Shown here one piece after another: positions 39,258-49,443 of a stretch of DNA of 64,000 bases (positions are counted from its first letter, which is position 1; each line of letters starts with the position of its first letter). The notes under the pieces are model-generated. The model had not been told where the DNA came from and made no database searches. It worked only from the letters and a program-made list of their open reading frames with translations. The DNA lies in assembly GCA_963737905.1 (NCBI GenBank), contig CAVTUQ010000026.1:128001-192000 (forward strand), in the 5' to 3' direction. Source of the DNA: an uncultured delta proteobacterium. Lineage in GTDB: Bacteria > Desulfobacterota > Binatia > UBA9968. Position numbers and translations under genes: made by a program.

Positions 39258-40148
39258 TTAAAGAAATCCGTAGAGCGTCGCAGGATTTTCCACCAGGATC
39301 TTTTTTCTGACTTGGTCATCCGGTGCGAATTCGGCAAGCAGATCCACTAAATCGCCGTCGTTAGGCGTATGTCCTGGGGCAAAATTGTTGGAGTGGGGCC
39401 AGTCGGTGCCCCAGAGGGTTCGGTCAGGCGCGGCGGAGATGACCGCGCGCGCGAAGGGGATCACTTCAACAAAGGGCAGCCCGAAGTAGGAATGCACCTT
39501 CGTATTGCAGATCTTGTCCGCGCCGCTGACTTTCACCCAGACGTGCTCTTCTTTCAATAGATCCAAAAGCAGTTGGAAAGCCGGCTGGTCTAGTCCTTCG
39601 GTAGGAATGATCCGCGCGATATGGTCGATAACCACCGGGCTTGGCATAGCCCGAATACGGTTTTCCTGTTCCAGCAAGTTCTTCGGATCGATGTGCAGGT
39701 CCACCGACCAACCAAACTCTAGGATGTGTTCCACGCAGCGATCCAGGACGTCGAGCTTTACGTTGCCGCGGGGCCGGTCGAGCAAGTTGAAACGGACGCC
39801 GCGCACACCGCCTTCATGTAATTTTTGCAGCTCGCTCTTCGGTGTTTTGTCGTCGATCCGCGCGACGCCGCGAAAGCGCGCGCCGGACTTGGAGATGGCA
39901 TCCAGTGTTGCTGAGTTGTCGAGGCCGTGCACACTGGGTTGAACGACCACGCCGCGCTGCGTGCCGATTACTTCTGTCATTTTCAAGTAGTGCTCCAGCG
40001 GCGCGGCGGGCGGCGTGTATTCGTGAGTCGATAGAAAAGGGAACGTTTCCGGCGGACCGAAAATATGAAAATGGGTGTCGCAGGAATTGGCCGGAGGCGC
40101 GAAGCTGGGCTTCCGCGTGTTCGGATCCGGCGGCATGCAGTAGGGCAT
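39258..40148 (-). CDS. Amidohydrolase (LigI/2-pyrone-4,6-dicarboxylate lactonase-like)
   Basis: CDTHFHIFG, VVQPS, GVRFN, IDH, WVKVSG, WGTDWPH. Confidence 0.88.
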   Translation of the reverse strand: MPYCMPPDPNTRKPSFAPPANSCDTHFHIFGPPETFPFLSTHEYTPPAAPLEHYLKMTEVIGTQRGVVVQPSVHGLDNSATLDAISKSGARFRGVARIDDKTPKSELQKLHEGGVRGVRFNLLDRPRGNVKLDVLDRCVEHILEFGWSVDLHIDPKNLLEQENRIRAMPSPVVIDHIARIIPTEGLDQPAFQLLLDLLKEEHVWVKVSGADKICNTKVHSYFGLPFVEVIPFARAVISAAPDRTLWGTDWPHSNNFAPGHTPNDGDLVDLLAEFAPDDQVRKKILVENPATLYGFL

Positions 40149-40218
40149 TGGCTTCTTACTCTCAAATTTTTAACAGAATCACTACAACAAAGTTTGTCGC
40201 GCCAGGACGCGAACGAAC

Positions 40219-40356
40219 AAAATCCGAAATTCGAATATCGAAATCCGAAACAAACCCAAAGAATTAAAATTCACCTTACGAAATCCGAAACGGGTCGGTT
40301 TGGAGTTTTCCGATTTTGGAGCATTTGAAATTGTTTCGAATTTCGGATTTCGAGTT
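40219..40356. repeat. Heptamer tandem inverted repeat (CGAAATC-like / ATTTCGA-like)
   Basis: aaatccg aaattcg aatatcg aaatccg aaa ... gtttcga atttcgg atttcga g. Confidence 0.8.
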
Positions 40357-40377
40357 TTTGTCCTTTGTATAAACGGT

Positions 40378-41238
40378 CTATAACCCCATTTGCTTGAACA
40401 TCGCCTGGGTGAGCAGACTGTTGGCGTTGGCCAAGTGCTCCGACATGGTGTAGTGATTGGCGCCTGGAATGACCAGATATTGGGAATCCAAGCCGCGTTC
40501 TTTACAGAGCTCGAAATAATCCTCGGACATTTGCTGCCAGCCTTTGGGCTCGGCGCCGCCCACGGCGACGATCACCGGACAGGTTGGCAGCGGGGGATGA
40601 AGGAACGGGCTGTTCTCACCCGCGATCTCCGGGGTCATGTGAACCTGCTCGTCGACGCTGATCTGCATCACCATGTCCAGATCATAGACACCGGACGTGG
40701 CCACGGCCCCTTTGATGAGATTTCTCGGCAAACCCTCTTTCTCCCAGTCGTGAGCCAAAGCCATGGCCGTGAGATGGCCGCCCGCGGAGTGGCCGGAGAC
40801 GTAGAGCTTCGACGGGTTGCCGCTATAGCGCATGATGTTTCGGTAAACCCAGGCGATCGAAGCACGGGTTTGACGGACAATATCGGTAACCGTCACCTTT
40901 GGACACAAGTCGTACTCAACGAGAACGACCGTTGCGCCGCGCTCTACGAACGTCGGCGCGAAGTTGCAGTTGTCGTCTTTGCTGCCGCTCCGCCAGTAGC
41001 CCCCGTGTATGTAAACGAGTACCGGCCCTCCCGGCCGGTCCGCCGGATAGATATCCAAAATCTCACGCGGCGAGTTCCCGTAGGGTACATTGAGCCAAGA
41101 CTTCAGAGTCGAGCGGGCCTTCCGACTCGCTTCTGCTCGTCGCTTGGCGAGCTCCGGATATTCCGGTACCGATTCCCGAGGGTTGTATTGAAATTCTAAC
41201 TCATCTCTGCGGAAGCCTTTATACGTACTTTCGTTCAT
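40378..41238 (-). CDS. Alpha/beta hydrolase (arylformamidase/kynurenine formamidase-like, HSL family)
   Basis: QYNPR, HGGYW, YDLCP, GHSAGGHL, SGVYDL, GANH. Confidence 0.85.
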   Translation of the reverse strand: MNESTYKGFRRDELEFQYNPRESVPEYPELAKRRAEASRKARSTLKSWLNVPYGNSPREILDIYPADRPGGPVLVYIHGGYWRSGSKDDNCNFAPTFVERGATVVLVEYDLCPKVTVTDIVRQTRASIAWVYRNIMRYSGNPSKLYVSGHSAGGHLTAMALAHDWEKEGLPRNLIKGAVATSGVYDLDMVMQISVDEQVHMTPEIAGENSPFLHPPLPTCPVIVAVGGAEPKGWQQMSEDYFELCKERGLDSQYLVIPGANHYTMSEHLANANSLLTQAMFKQMGL

Positions 41239-41765
41239 AGGGTTGTCCTTGGCGCCAGGATCATGATCTAAACTTGGCGTTTTCCCTGACCGTAATGTAA
41301 GAAGCTTTTCATTGTCAATGCCTGTTGAGACTGGCATTCATCCAGGGTATGGAAGCAGCTTTCGATACTAGGCGTATCTTTATAGATACGTGGTTTCAAT
41401 GATTTTAGACAACAATGCAACCACATCCTCTTGTATTTCAATGGACTCTCAAATGTTGCACGATCACGAGAAGATTAGCCCAAAAATTGCTTATCGTCAC
41501 TTATTGCTTCGATCGGTGGGGTTGAGTGGCCTCGTTTTTGTCTCACATCGAAGTCAAGAGCTGATGTTGCTCAAACATCCAACCTCCGAGTGGACTTTGT
41601 TTTTTTAACTAGCACCATAGGTTGACAAAGGAAAGTGAGTTGAGTAATTTCGGTCGTATAGCAACTCGGACTAAGCATTTTCGAGCCCGCGCGGCGTCAT
41701 GCCCATCCGGCCTCGATTTTTGTGCCAAAGACGGTTGCTGGTGGACGGGTAAGAAAGGGTAGGCG

Positions 41766-42359
41766 ATGTCCGGGCGTCCCATTCCATTCGCGCGTAATTC
41801 TTCCCATTTCGTGCACATCCAAAATAGCCTTGCGGCTGTTCTAAAGGACATAAAAAATGCCAAGGGTCTCACCGCAAAGGTTTTATGGGTGTCCTGTCGT
41901 CTTAACCGGAGCAAGACGCAAGACAGCCCGGTCTTCGTTGGCTGGGTCGAGGATATCGGCGCTATGAATATGCGGGTCGAGAAGCGTCAACCGTACGCAC
42001 CGGTAGAAATCCGCTTTGGCGATACTCATCCATCTGCGTTGTACTCAACTTGTCTCAGCACTCCTCTTGGAACCGTCGTTCCTCGAACTTGGGGATCAGA
42101 CAAAGCAGATCCAACAAGCCAGCGCATTGGAGAGAAATTCTACGGCGAAACTCATCGCAGGTCGATCGCGATAAAAGTTCAGAACGTGTATGTGGGCACA
42201 CTGAACGCCGCTTTTTTGGGAGATCCAGCCGCTGCAGAAAAGAGGATTCGAGAGATACTGGTTGAGCGGGCACAGACCGCAAACTCCCCTCTGGTCAGGT
42301 ACATCAGAGCCAATCTGGATTTTTCGGGGCCAAAATGTCCGAGGCACCACCCGAACTGA
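41766..42359 (+). CDS. Hypothetical protein (possibly GAF-like), overlapping the kinase start
   Basis: 197 aa ORF filling the gap. The SIAIKVQNVYVGTLNAAF segment resembles a GAF C-terminal strand pair. Confidence 0.45.
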   Translation: MSGRPIPFARNSSHFVHIQNSLAAVLKDIKNAKGLTAKVLWVSCRLNRSKTQDSPVFVGWVEDIGAMNMRVEKRQPYAPVEIRFGDTHPSALYSTCLSTPLGTVVPRTWGSDKADPTSQRIGEKFYGETHRRSIAIKVQNVYVGTLNAAFLGDPAAAEKRIREILVERAQTANSPLVRYIRANLDFSGPKCPRHHPN

Positions 42360-44017
42360 AACCCTCTTTCCCCGGTACCCCTTACTCAAAAGATCAACTC
42401 ACAGCACGGAGCCGGGATCTTGCTGCGCTCCTCACCGTTGCTGAAGTTGCCACTCAATCGCTCGATATCGAAAAAATATTGAATGACACCTTGGATAAAT
42501 CACTCGAAATTCTTGGTTTCGACGTGGGATTTATCCGGACCTTGGATCGAGAGAATAAAAATATGCTGGTGCGCGTTGCCCGGGGCCTGCGCTCTCCCGA
42601 ATTTCTGGCAGGCCTTGCGCCCATAGGTACCGAACGGCGCAACGTTTCCAGGATCGTGTTCGAAACCAAAGAGCCTTATATCTGCACCGATATCCGTAAG
42701 AACTCAATTTATAAGAACCGCTCCATGGAACGAGAGGGAGTGGTCTCAACGGCTGCCGCTCCCGTTATGTCCAAGAATCGTGTCCTTGGCATCATGGTCG
42801 TAGGCAGTCGCCGGCCACACAGGTTTCGGAAGAGAGAAATCAAGCTCCTCATGGCTTTTGGCTCCCAACTCGGGGCGGCGTTGGAAAACGCTGAGCTTTA
42901 CCAGAAGGTCAACGAGAGCAAGGTTTACATTGAAAATCTGGTCGAAAATGCCGCGGACCTGATTATCACTGCGGACTTGGAAGATAGAATCCTCACGTGG
43001 AATCGCGGGGCAGAGGTTCTTTTTGGCTACAGTAAAGACGAGGTGATAGGAAAACATCTCTCGATTCTGCTTCCTTCAGAGCGCTTCCACGAACTAGAAG
43101 AAATGCGCGCGAAAGTCCAGATTTCCGGAGCCCTCCGGGATATCGAGGTTCGAAGCAAAAGGAAAGATGGAGTGATGGTTTTTCTATCTCTGTCGGTTTC
43201 ACCGATCAGAGACGTGGAGGGAAAGATCGTTGGTTTTTTGCGAGTCGCTAAAGACATCACCGAGAAAAAGCGCTATGAGCGGCGGCTTAAGGAGCTCGAT
43301 AAAATGAAGTCGGATTTTGTATCCAACGTTTCTCATGAGCTCAGGACTCCGCTGACCTCGATCAAGGGGTCGGTCGATAATATGCTCGATGGTCTCACGG
43401 GGTCGCTCAACGAAAAACAAGTTCGGTACTTGAGCCGAATCAAGTCAAATACCGATCGTCTCTCCCGGCTGATCAACGATCTTCTCGACCTCTCCCGGAT
43501 CGAGGCCGGACGTGTCGAGGTTCGACCGACCACTCTTCCCTTGACCGCGCTTGCTGAAGAAGTAGCAGAATACCTGAAGGCTCTAGCTGCGGAAAAGCTT
43601 ATTCGGGTCGAAGTCCCGTCTCCCGATCCCAGCGTGACCGTTTGGGCGGATCGAGACAAGGTCACTCAGGTACTGATGAACCTTATTGGCAATGCGGTCA
43701 AGTTCACCCCACGAGATGGCAAGGTAACCGTTGCGATCGAGAAAAATGGCAATGATTACGTTCAAATCTCTATTGCTGACACCGGTCCGGGTATTCGCCC
43801 GGAAGAGGCGAATAAAATCTTCTCTAAGTTTTATCAGGTCGCCAATCTAGACAAGCAAAAACCCACAGGAAGCGGATTGGGTCTGGCCATCTCGAAGGCG
43901 CTTGTGGAAATGCATGGGGGTAAAATCTGGATGGAAAGTGAAGTAGGAAGAGGAAGCACGTTCTATTTCACCTTGCCTGCGCAGCAACCCTTTAAGCTTG
44001 AAATTCCTGCCGGTTAA
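42335..44017 (+). CDS. Cytoplasmic GAF-PAS sensor histidine kinase
   Basis: GAF, PAS (WNRGAEVLFGYSKDEVIGK), VSHELRTPL, NLIGNAVKF, GSGLGL. Confidence 0.95.
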   Translation: MSEAPPELKPSFPGTPYSKDQLTARSRDLAALLTVAEVATQSLDIEKILNDTLDKSLEILGFDVGFIRTLDRENKNMLVRVARGLRSPEFLAGLAPIGTERRNVSRIVFETKEPYICTDIRKNSIYKNRSMEREGVVSTAAAPVMSKNRVLGIMVVGSRRPHRFRKREIKLLMAFGSQLGAALENAELYQKVNESKVYIENLVENAADLIITADLEDRILTWNRGAEVLFGYSKDEVIGKHLSILLPSERFHELEEMRAKVQISGALRDIEVRSKRKDGVMVFLSLSVSPIRDVEGKIVGFLRVAKDITEKKRYERRLKELDKMKSDFVSNVSHELRTPLTSIKGSVDNMLDGLTGSLNEKQVRYLSRIKSNTDRLSRLINDLLDLSRIEAGRVEVRPTTLPLTALAEEVAEYLKALAAEKLIRVEVPSPDPSVTVWADRDKVTQVLMNLIGNAVKFTPRDGKVTVAIEKNGNDYVQISIADTGPGIRPEEANKIFSKFYQVANLDKQKPTGSGLGLAISKALVEMHGGKIWMESEVGRGSTFYFTLPAQQPFKLEIPAG

Positions 44018-44403
44018 TGAAGTCAATTATGGGGCTGAAAATTCTTCTTGTCGATGATGAGCCTGATATTGTCGAGGTCATTCAGGATCGACTCGAAGCT
44101 TATGGATTCACCGTCGTCACGGCCGGAACCGGACTAGAGGCCTTAAAAAAGCTATCGGTGGAAAAATTCGATGGTATCTTCCTCGACGTTAAGATGCCGG
44201 AGATGGGCGGTATTGAAGCTTTGGAAGAGATCCGGAAACGGGACACGAAAATTCCCATTATCATTATCACGTCATCGTCCACCCGAGAGGCGGCCATCGA
44301 CGCTGTTGCCAAAGGTGCCAATGAATACATCCTCAAGCCCTTTGAATGGGAAGAGCTGAAGGCCAAGGTTCAGAAGGTCCTTCAGGTGAGTCTGGAAGGA
44401 TAG
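44017..44403 (+). CDS. Single-domain response regulator
   Basis: LVDDE, FLDVKMP, LKPF. Confidence 0.93.
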   Translation: MKSIMGLKILLVDDEPDIVEVIQDRLEAYGFTVVTAGTGLEALKKLSVEKFDGIFLDVKMPEMGGIEALEEIRKRDTKIPIIIITSSSTREAAIDAVAKGANEYILKPFEWEELKAKVQKVLQVSLEG

Positions 44404-44405
44404 CG

Positions 44406-45758
44406 ATGGAAACTTTTGCCGGTAATATCCTCGTGGTTGATGATGACGCCGATATACGTGAGGTGCTTGGGGATCGTCTCGAGTCCTTGGGGTATCGTGT
44501 ATTGGTTGCTGAAACGGCTAGAGCGGGTCTGGAGCTTCTAGAACGGCAAAATCCGCAGTTGGTTCTTCTCGACATCGAGATGCCCGACATGAATGGCATT
44601 GATATGCTTCGAGAAATTCGGCGCAAAGAACATGATGTGACGGTTGTTATGATTACCGCGTACGGCACCATCGAAAGAGCCGTCGAAGCAATGAAGGAAG
44701 GGGCCTATGACTTTATACCGAAACCATTCGAACCGGATCATGTGGCTCTGATTGTAGCGAAAGCCCTCGAGCGTGAGACTTTGAAGCGCGGAATTGAGAT
44801 ACTGACGGAGCAGTTGGATGATCGACATCGGATGATCGTTGGCCAAAGCGCGCCGATCAATCGCGCTGTCGAAACGGCAAAGAAAGCCGCCGCTAGCCGA
44901 TCCACGGTTTTGCTTCTAGGCGAAAGCGGAACGGGCAAAGAGATCTTTGCCCGCGCGATTCATAGCTGGAGCGACAGAAGGGACAAGCCGTTCGTCGCGA
45001 TCAACTGCGTCGGCCTCTCTAGGGAACTGTTGGAGAGCGAGCTTTTCGGCCACGAGAAGGGGGCGTTTACCGGCGCCTTACAGCTGAAAAAAGGAAAAAT
45101 GGAAATGGCCCATGGTGGCACGGTGTTTCTCGATGAAGTCGGGGACATTTCCACGGAGCTTCAGACCAAACTGTTGAGATTTCTTCAGGAGCGCGAATTT
45201 GAGAGAGTCGGGGGGACCAAGCCCATCAGCGTCGACGTGAGGATCATCGCCGCCACGAACCGCGATCTCAATAGCGCTGTCCGAGAGGGTCATTTTCGCG
45301 AAGATCTTTATTATCGTCTCAACGTAGTTCCCTTGACCCTGCCGGCGTTGAGAGAGCGTAAAGAAGATATTGCCGGCCTGGCGAACTCCTTTCTAAAACG
45401 ATCGGCTTTGGAAACGAAAAAAAACTTTACTGGCGTTACGGAAGAAGCTCTGCAAAAGCTGGTTGCTTACGGATGGCCGGGTAACGTCCGCGAGCTTGCC
45501 AATGTTATCGAGAGCGCTGTCGTGCTGGGGCAAGGACCCGAGTTAACGCTTCACGATTTGCCCGCCAAGATTGTCTCGACGATGTCCAAAGGATCGCGCG
45601 GCGGTTTCACCTATCACGGCGCCATCGATGATTATCGACGGGAACTGATCGAGAAAACGCTCGCCCAAACCCAGGGAAACCGCGCCGAAGCAGCCAAGAT
45701 TTTAGGCCTGCAAAGAACCTACCTCTCGCGGCTGATCAAAGCCTTGAGAGTCAGCTGA
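44406..45758 (+). CDS. Sigma-54-dependent response regulator (NtrC/AtoC family)
   Basis: REC, GESGTGKE, ESELFGHEKGAFTGA, WPGNVREL, Fis HTH. Confidence 0.95.
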   Translation: METFAGNILVVDDDADIREVLGDRLESLGYRVLVAETARAGLELLERQNPQLVLLDIEMPDMNGIDMLREIRRKEHDVTVVMITAYGTIERAVEAMKEGAYDFIPKPFEPDHVALIVAKALERETLKRGIEILTEQLDDRHRMIVGQSAPINRAVETAKKAAASRSTVLLLGESGTGKEIFARAIHSWSDRRDKPFVAINCVGLSRELLESELFGHEKGAFTGALQLKKGKMEMAHGGTVFLDEVGDISTELQTKLLRFLQEREFERVGGTKPISVDVRIIAATNRDLNSAVREGHFREDLYYRLNVVPLTLPALRERKEDIAGLANSFLKRSALETKKNFTGVTEEALQKLVAYGWPGNVRELANVIESAVVLGQGPELTLHDLPAKIVSTMSKGSRGGFTYHGAIDDYRRELIEKTLAQTQGNRAEAAKILGLQRTYLSRLIKALRVS

Positions 45759-45762
45759 GTTA

Positions 45763-45833
45763 TCGGCATATGGCGTATGGCTTAGAGCCTATGGTTTGGA
45801 TGTTCCTGCCATAGGCTATCAGCCATATGCCGA
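45763..45833. repeat. Heptamer-periodic inverted repeat after the activator gene
   Basis: tcggcatatggc...agcctatgg / ccataggct...gccatatgccga. Confidence 0.7.
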
Positions 45834-45986
45834 GTGCACGATTCACTCAGCCTGCATCCCTTTCGATACTCCTCCGTATCCGAAAGTATGCTTCCATAAT
45901 TGGTTTCAGCGCTCATCCCAAACCCGCTACAGAAAAACCCCCCGAAAAACACTAAAGAATTTTCGTTAAGCACTGCGCGGCCGCGT

Positions 45987-46001
45987 TGGCACGATGCGTG
46001 C
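45987..46001 (+). promoter_or_regulatory. Sigma-54 promoter
   Basis: TGGCAC-gatgc-GTGC (GG-N10-GC), about 50 bp before ATG 46054. Confidence 0.65.
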
Positions 46002-46053
46002 GCATGCAACGGAGCAGGAAGAAAAAATCTTATGAAGAAAGGAGGTGAGTCAA

Positions 46054-46356
46054 ATGAAAAAGAGCGTATCACTTCTATGTAACCTGCTCCTGTCCTCGAC
46101 CCTGTTTTGGGGCGTGCCCTCGGTTGGCGCAGAAGAGATGATCGACGTGGTTCCCGCCGATATTACCGGTTATTGTCATCTACAGTTCCCCCTGATGAGC
46201 GAAGACAGTTTGTCGTGGGAGCAACCGGTTCTGGATCCGCTGACGGGCAACGTCGTCGATTTTTACGGGCCCTGTGATTATGACCCGACGGGGTCCGATG
46301 AGATCCGCGCCCAGAGGCGTGTGATTCTTCGCGGCGATTTTGATGACGGAGATTGA
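46054..46356 (+). CDS. Small secreted protein with a Cys pair (YCH..FP / DFYGPCD.DP)
   Basis: AGGAGGT RBS, signal peptide, upstream sigma-54 promoter and downstream hairpin. Confidence 0.8.
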   Translation: MKKSVSLLCNLLLSSTLFWGVPSVGAEEMIDVVPADITGYCHLQFPLMSEDSLSWEQPVLDPLTGNVVDFYGPCDYDPTGSDEIRAQRRVILRGDFDDGD

Positions 46357-46379
46357 ATGACGAGCAGGACCCGTGAGTC

Positions 46380-46413
46380 AAGTTAGGGGAAGGCCTTCTC
46401 CTTCCCCTAACTT
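46380..46413 (+). terminator. Hairpin, probable terminator
   Basis: 14 bp perfect stem aagttaggggaagg / ccttcccctaactt; weak U-tract. Confidence 0.6.
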
Positions 46414-46695
46414 CTCCAACAAGGATCTGTCTTGCCGTCACGATATCGGTTAGCGGAGAAGGAGAATGGATATCGGTCTTCCTGTCCTCAACTTTGGGTC
46501 GCAACTCAACGTAATTCGAATGACGGGTCTTTGGCCATTCCGATGTCCATGATATGCAAATGCAGGTAACTAAGTAGACACGCGCGTAAACGATTGGATA
46601 CCTTCTCTAATTTGTCTCACGCCAAAGTTCGGTGACCTCCGAAAGTTATTTACTTAAAGTCGAATACATTTCATCGAGCGACAGTCCCAAATCAG

Positions 46696-46710
46696 TGGCA
46701 CAAGAATTGC
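46696..46710 (+). promoter_or_regulatory. Sigma-54 promoter
   Basis: TGGCAC-aagaa-TTGC, a full consensus match. Confidence 0.65.
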
Positions 46711-47137
46711 CCACTCGCTAGACGTCCGGCTGATGGCCGACGGGTCAAGTCAGTGGCAGTCAGGTGCCTCTGATAGGAGGAGTGATCTCACCAGAAAGTT
46801 GAGCTAAAGTCGCGAAAATTTCTCACTGCATATGGGAAGCGCTACTCGAAAGGGGCTGCCTAAAAGAAAGTTGCGCATCCGCACGGATATAGGTTATACG
46901 AGTGGCGAAGCTTCCTACTGTTAATCAAAAGGCAGGTGCCTTGGTGATATGGCTGTCCGTTTATCCATCAGGGTCCCACCAGCAGTTTTTTGCGGATTAT
47001 GAACGCTATCGGGGAACGGTATTGAGACTTTCGAACCGGTTTTGAGCGTTGGTGATCATGATCGTTAGAGCCTTTGCGTAACGATACAAACGCAAAGACT
47101 CAATAGCGCAAAGCAAGCCACAAATCGGAGTTTTAAC

Positions 47138-49393
47138 ATGTCGCGACTGTTTAAAGCCGGCTTCTTCGGCTTGCTTGTAGGGGTCGCGGGGCTGGTGGCG
47201 AGTTTTTTCCATTTTGCCCATGACATTGAGGAAGATGTGGGTCTCGGCTTGTTGTTCCAACTGAGGGGAGTCAGAAAAGCACCATCAGATGTTGTTGTAA
47301 TTAGTATCGACCGTGAATCCTCTGAGCAGCTTGATGTACCCGATAACCCCGATAGATGGCCTCGTTCTCTCCATGCACGTTTGGTCGAAAACCTCGAGAG
47401 AGAAGGTGCGAGGGTCATTGTCTTTGACGTATATTTTATCGAGCCCCGCTCTCCCAACGAGGACGATTCCTTTGTTACAGCAATAAGAAAAGCACGGAAT
47501 GTCGTGCTTGCCGAACCGCTTAAAGCGAGCGAAGTGGCCGGGTCCGACACGGACGGTTCTTACATGGGGCAGCATCAGATCGTCAAAAGAGTGAAGCCGA
47601 TCCCCCCCCTTTCACAGGCTGCCGTCGCCACGGCACCTTTTGTTCTCCCAAGACTACCCGTTAAGGTAAACCAATATTGGACATTCCAAGCGGCCGCCGG
47701 AGATTCCCCGACATTTCCGGTTGTCGCATTCCAACTCTATACTTTGCAGGCCTACGACGAATTTATCCGCATATTGGAAAAAGTGAGTCCGAATCAAGCC
47801 GGAAAACTGTCACACGATGCCGATACAGCGATTAAGTCAAAAGGTGCCATGAGGTTGATTCGGGATATCAGAGAAATTTTCGAAAGCGACCCTTTGATTT
47901 ACGAGAAAATGGTTGCGGAGTTAGACCGCTCGGACCGCGCCACGGGCGATGGGAATAAAATCAGATTCCTCAAATCTCTTGCCAAGATGTACGGCGGCGC
48001 GGATCACCAATATCTCAATTATTATGGGCCGCCACGCACGTTCAACACGATGCCATTTTATCAGGCGTTGCGACTCGATGAAGAGTCAGGCAGCGAACGT
48101 AAGATCGATCTCAAGGGTAAAGCGGTCTTCGTGGGGCTTTCCGAGGTATTGCTTACAGAAAGAAAGGACAGTTTTTATACGGCTTTCTCAAAAACTAACG
48201 GTGTGTTTATCAGTGGGGTCGAGATTGCTGCGACCGCATTTGCAAATCTTTTAGAAGATACATCCGTGAAACCGATCAGCACGCACTATTACATCATTAT
48301 TATTTTGGCCTGGGGGCTCCTGGTGGGTGTTGTTTGTCGTACGGCTGCTCCAGTACTTGCGGCGATAGGGATTCTCGGTATGGGCATTTTCTATCTCGCC
48401 GGTGCGCAGTATCAATTTAACGCTCATGCCACGTGGTATCCGGTCGTTATTCCCCTGTTCTTGCAGGCTCCGCTGGGATTTTTTGGCGCTGTGTTATGGG
48501 ACTATTTTGAGACGAATAAAGAGCGGCAGAATCTCAGGAAAGCTCTTGGTTACTATGTTCCCAACGAGGTGGTGGATGAGTTAGCAAAAAATATCGTCGA
48601 TCTGAAACGAGGCGACCAAACGGTATACGGTGCTTGTTTGCTCACGGATGCCGCGGGTTTCACCACGTTGTCTGAAAAGATGGGCGTGCGGGAATTGAAC
48701 GCCTTAATTGAAAAGTATCATCGGGTCATATTCGAGCCGATAAAGCAGAACGGAGGGCGGGTTATCGACCTGGCAGGAGATTCGGTGTTGGCAATCTGGA
48801 AGGCTGCTGGACCTGATGCCGAGCTGCGGAAACAGGCCTGCCATGCTGCTCTGGGTGTTGCCAAAGCGGTGCGCCAGTTCAATCAGTCTTTCGAGACTGT
48901 CAAACTACCGACACGCGTGGCCATTCATGTGGGACAGATCTTCTTGGGCAACGTGGGCAGTGAGGAAGATTATAGGTATGGTGCTCAGGGAGATACCATC
49001 AATACGGCATCAAGGATGGATGGTCTCAATAAATACTTGGGAACGGAGATTTTGGTGTCTGAAGAGGTCATACAAAACCTCGATGGTTTCTTAACCAGAG
49101 AAGCAGGTAGATTCCTGCTGAAAGGAAAGGCTCAGCCGATCGTAGTTCATGAACTATTATGTCGCACAGAAGAAAGCGACGAAAAACAGACAAGGGCTTG
49201 TGCGATCTTTGCCGAGGCGCTTCAAGCTTTCAGAAAGCGGTCTTGGGATGAGGCGAAAGCCAAATTTCATGAACAGATGAAAAACTCCGGAGAATATGGT
49301 TTGTCGAAGTACTACCTAAAGCTGTGTGAGCAGTATAAGAGGAATCCACCTGGGCAAGGATGGGACGGTGTGATCGATCTAGTGGAAAAATAG
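47138..49393 (+). CDS. CHASE2 + 3 TM + class III nucleotide cyclase
   Basis: WPRSLHA, VIVFDVYF, GVEIAATA; TDAAGFT, DLAGDS, GDTINTASR, LKGK. Confidence 0.92.
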   Translation: MSRLFKAGFFGLLVGVAGLVASFFHFAHDIEEDVGLGLLFQLRGVRKAPSDVVVISIDRESSEQLDVPDNPDRWPRSLHARLVENLEREGARVIVFDVYFIEPRSPNEDDSFVTAIRKARNVVLAEPLKASEVAGSDTDGSYMGQHQIVKRVKPIPPLSQAAVATAPFVLPRLPVKVNQYWTFQAAAGDSPTFPVVAFQLYTLQAYDEFIRILEKVSPNQAGKLSHDADTAIKSKGAMRLIRDIREIFESDPLIYEKMVAELDRSDRATGDGNKIRFLKSLAKMYGGADHQYLNYYGPPRTFNTMPFYQALRLDEESGSERKIDLKGKAVFVGLSEVLLTERKDSFYTAFSKTNGVFISGVEIAATAFANLLEDTSVKPISTHYYIIIILAWGLLVGVVCRTAAPVLAAIGILGMGIFYLAGAQYQFNAHATWYPVVIPLFLQAPLGFFGAVLWDYFETNKERQNLRKALGYYVPNEVVDELAKNIVDLKRGDQTVYGACLLTDAAGFTTLSEKMGVRELNALIEKYHRVIFEPIKQNGGRVIDLAGDSVLAIWKAAGPDAELRKQACHAALGVAKAVRQFNQSFETVKLPTRVAIHVGQIFLGNVGSEEDYRYGAQGDTINTASRMDGLNKYLGTEILVSEEVIQNLDGFLTREAGRFLLKGKAQPIVVHELLCRTEESDEKQTRACAIFAEALQAFRKRSWDEAKAKFHEQMKNSGEYGLSKYYLKLCEQYKRNPPGQGWDGVIDLVEK

Positions 49394-49443
49394 CAGCTTA
49401 ATTTGATTTCGCGCGGTAATGTAACCGCCAAGGCAGGTGAGCC

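Noticed and set aside
40219-40356. Periodic repeats as a CRISPR array
   Set aside because: Units are 7-9 bp, inverted, and have no unique spacers; no cas genes are in the window.
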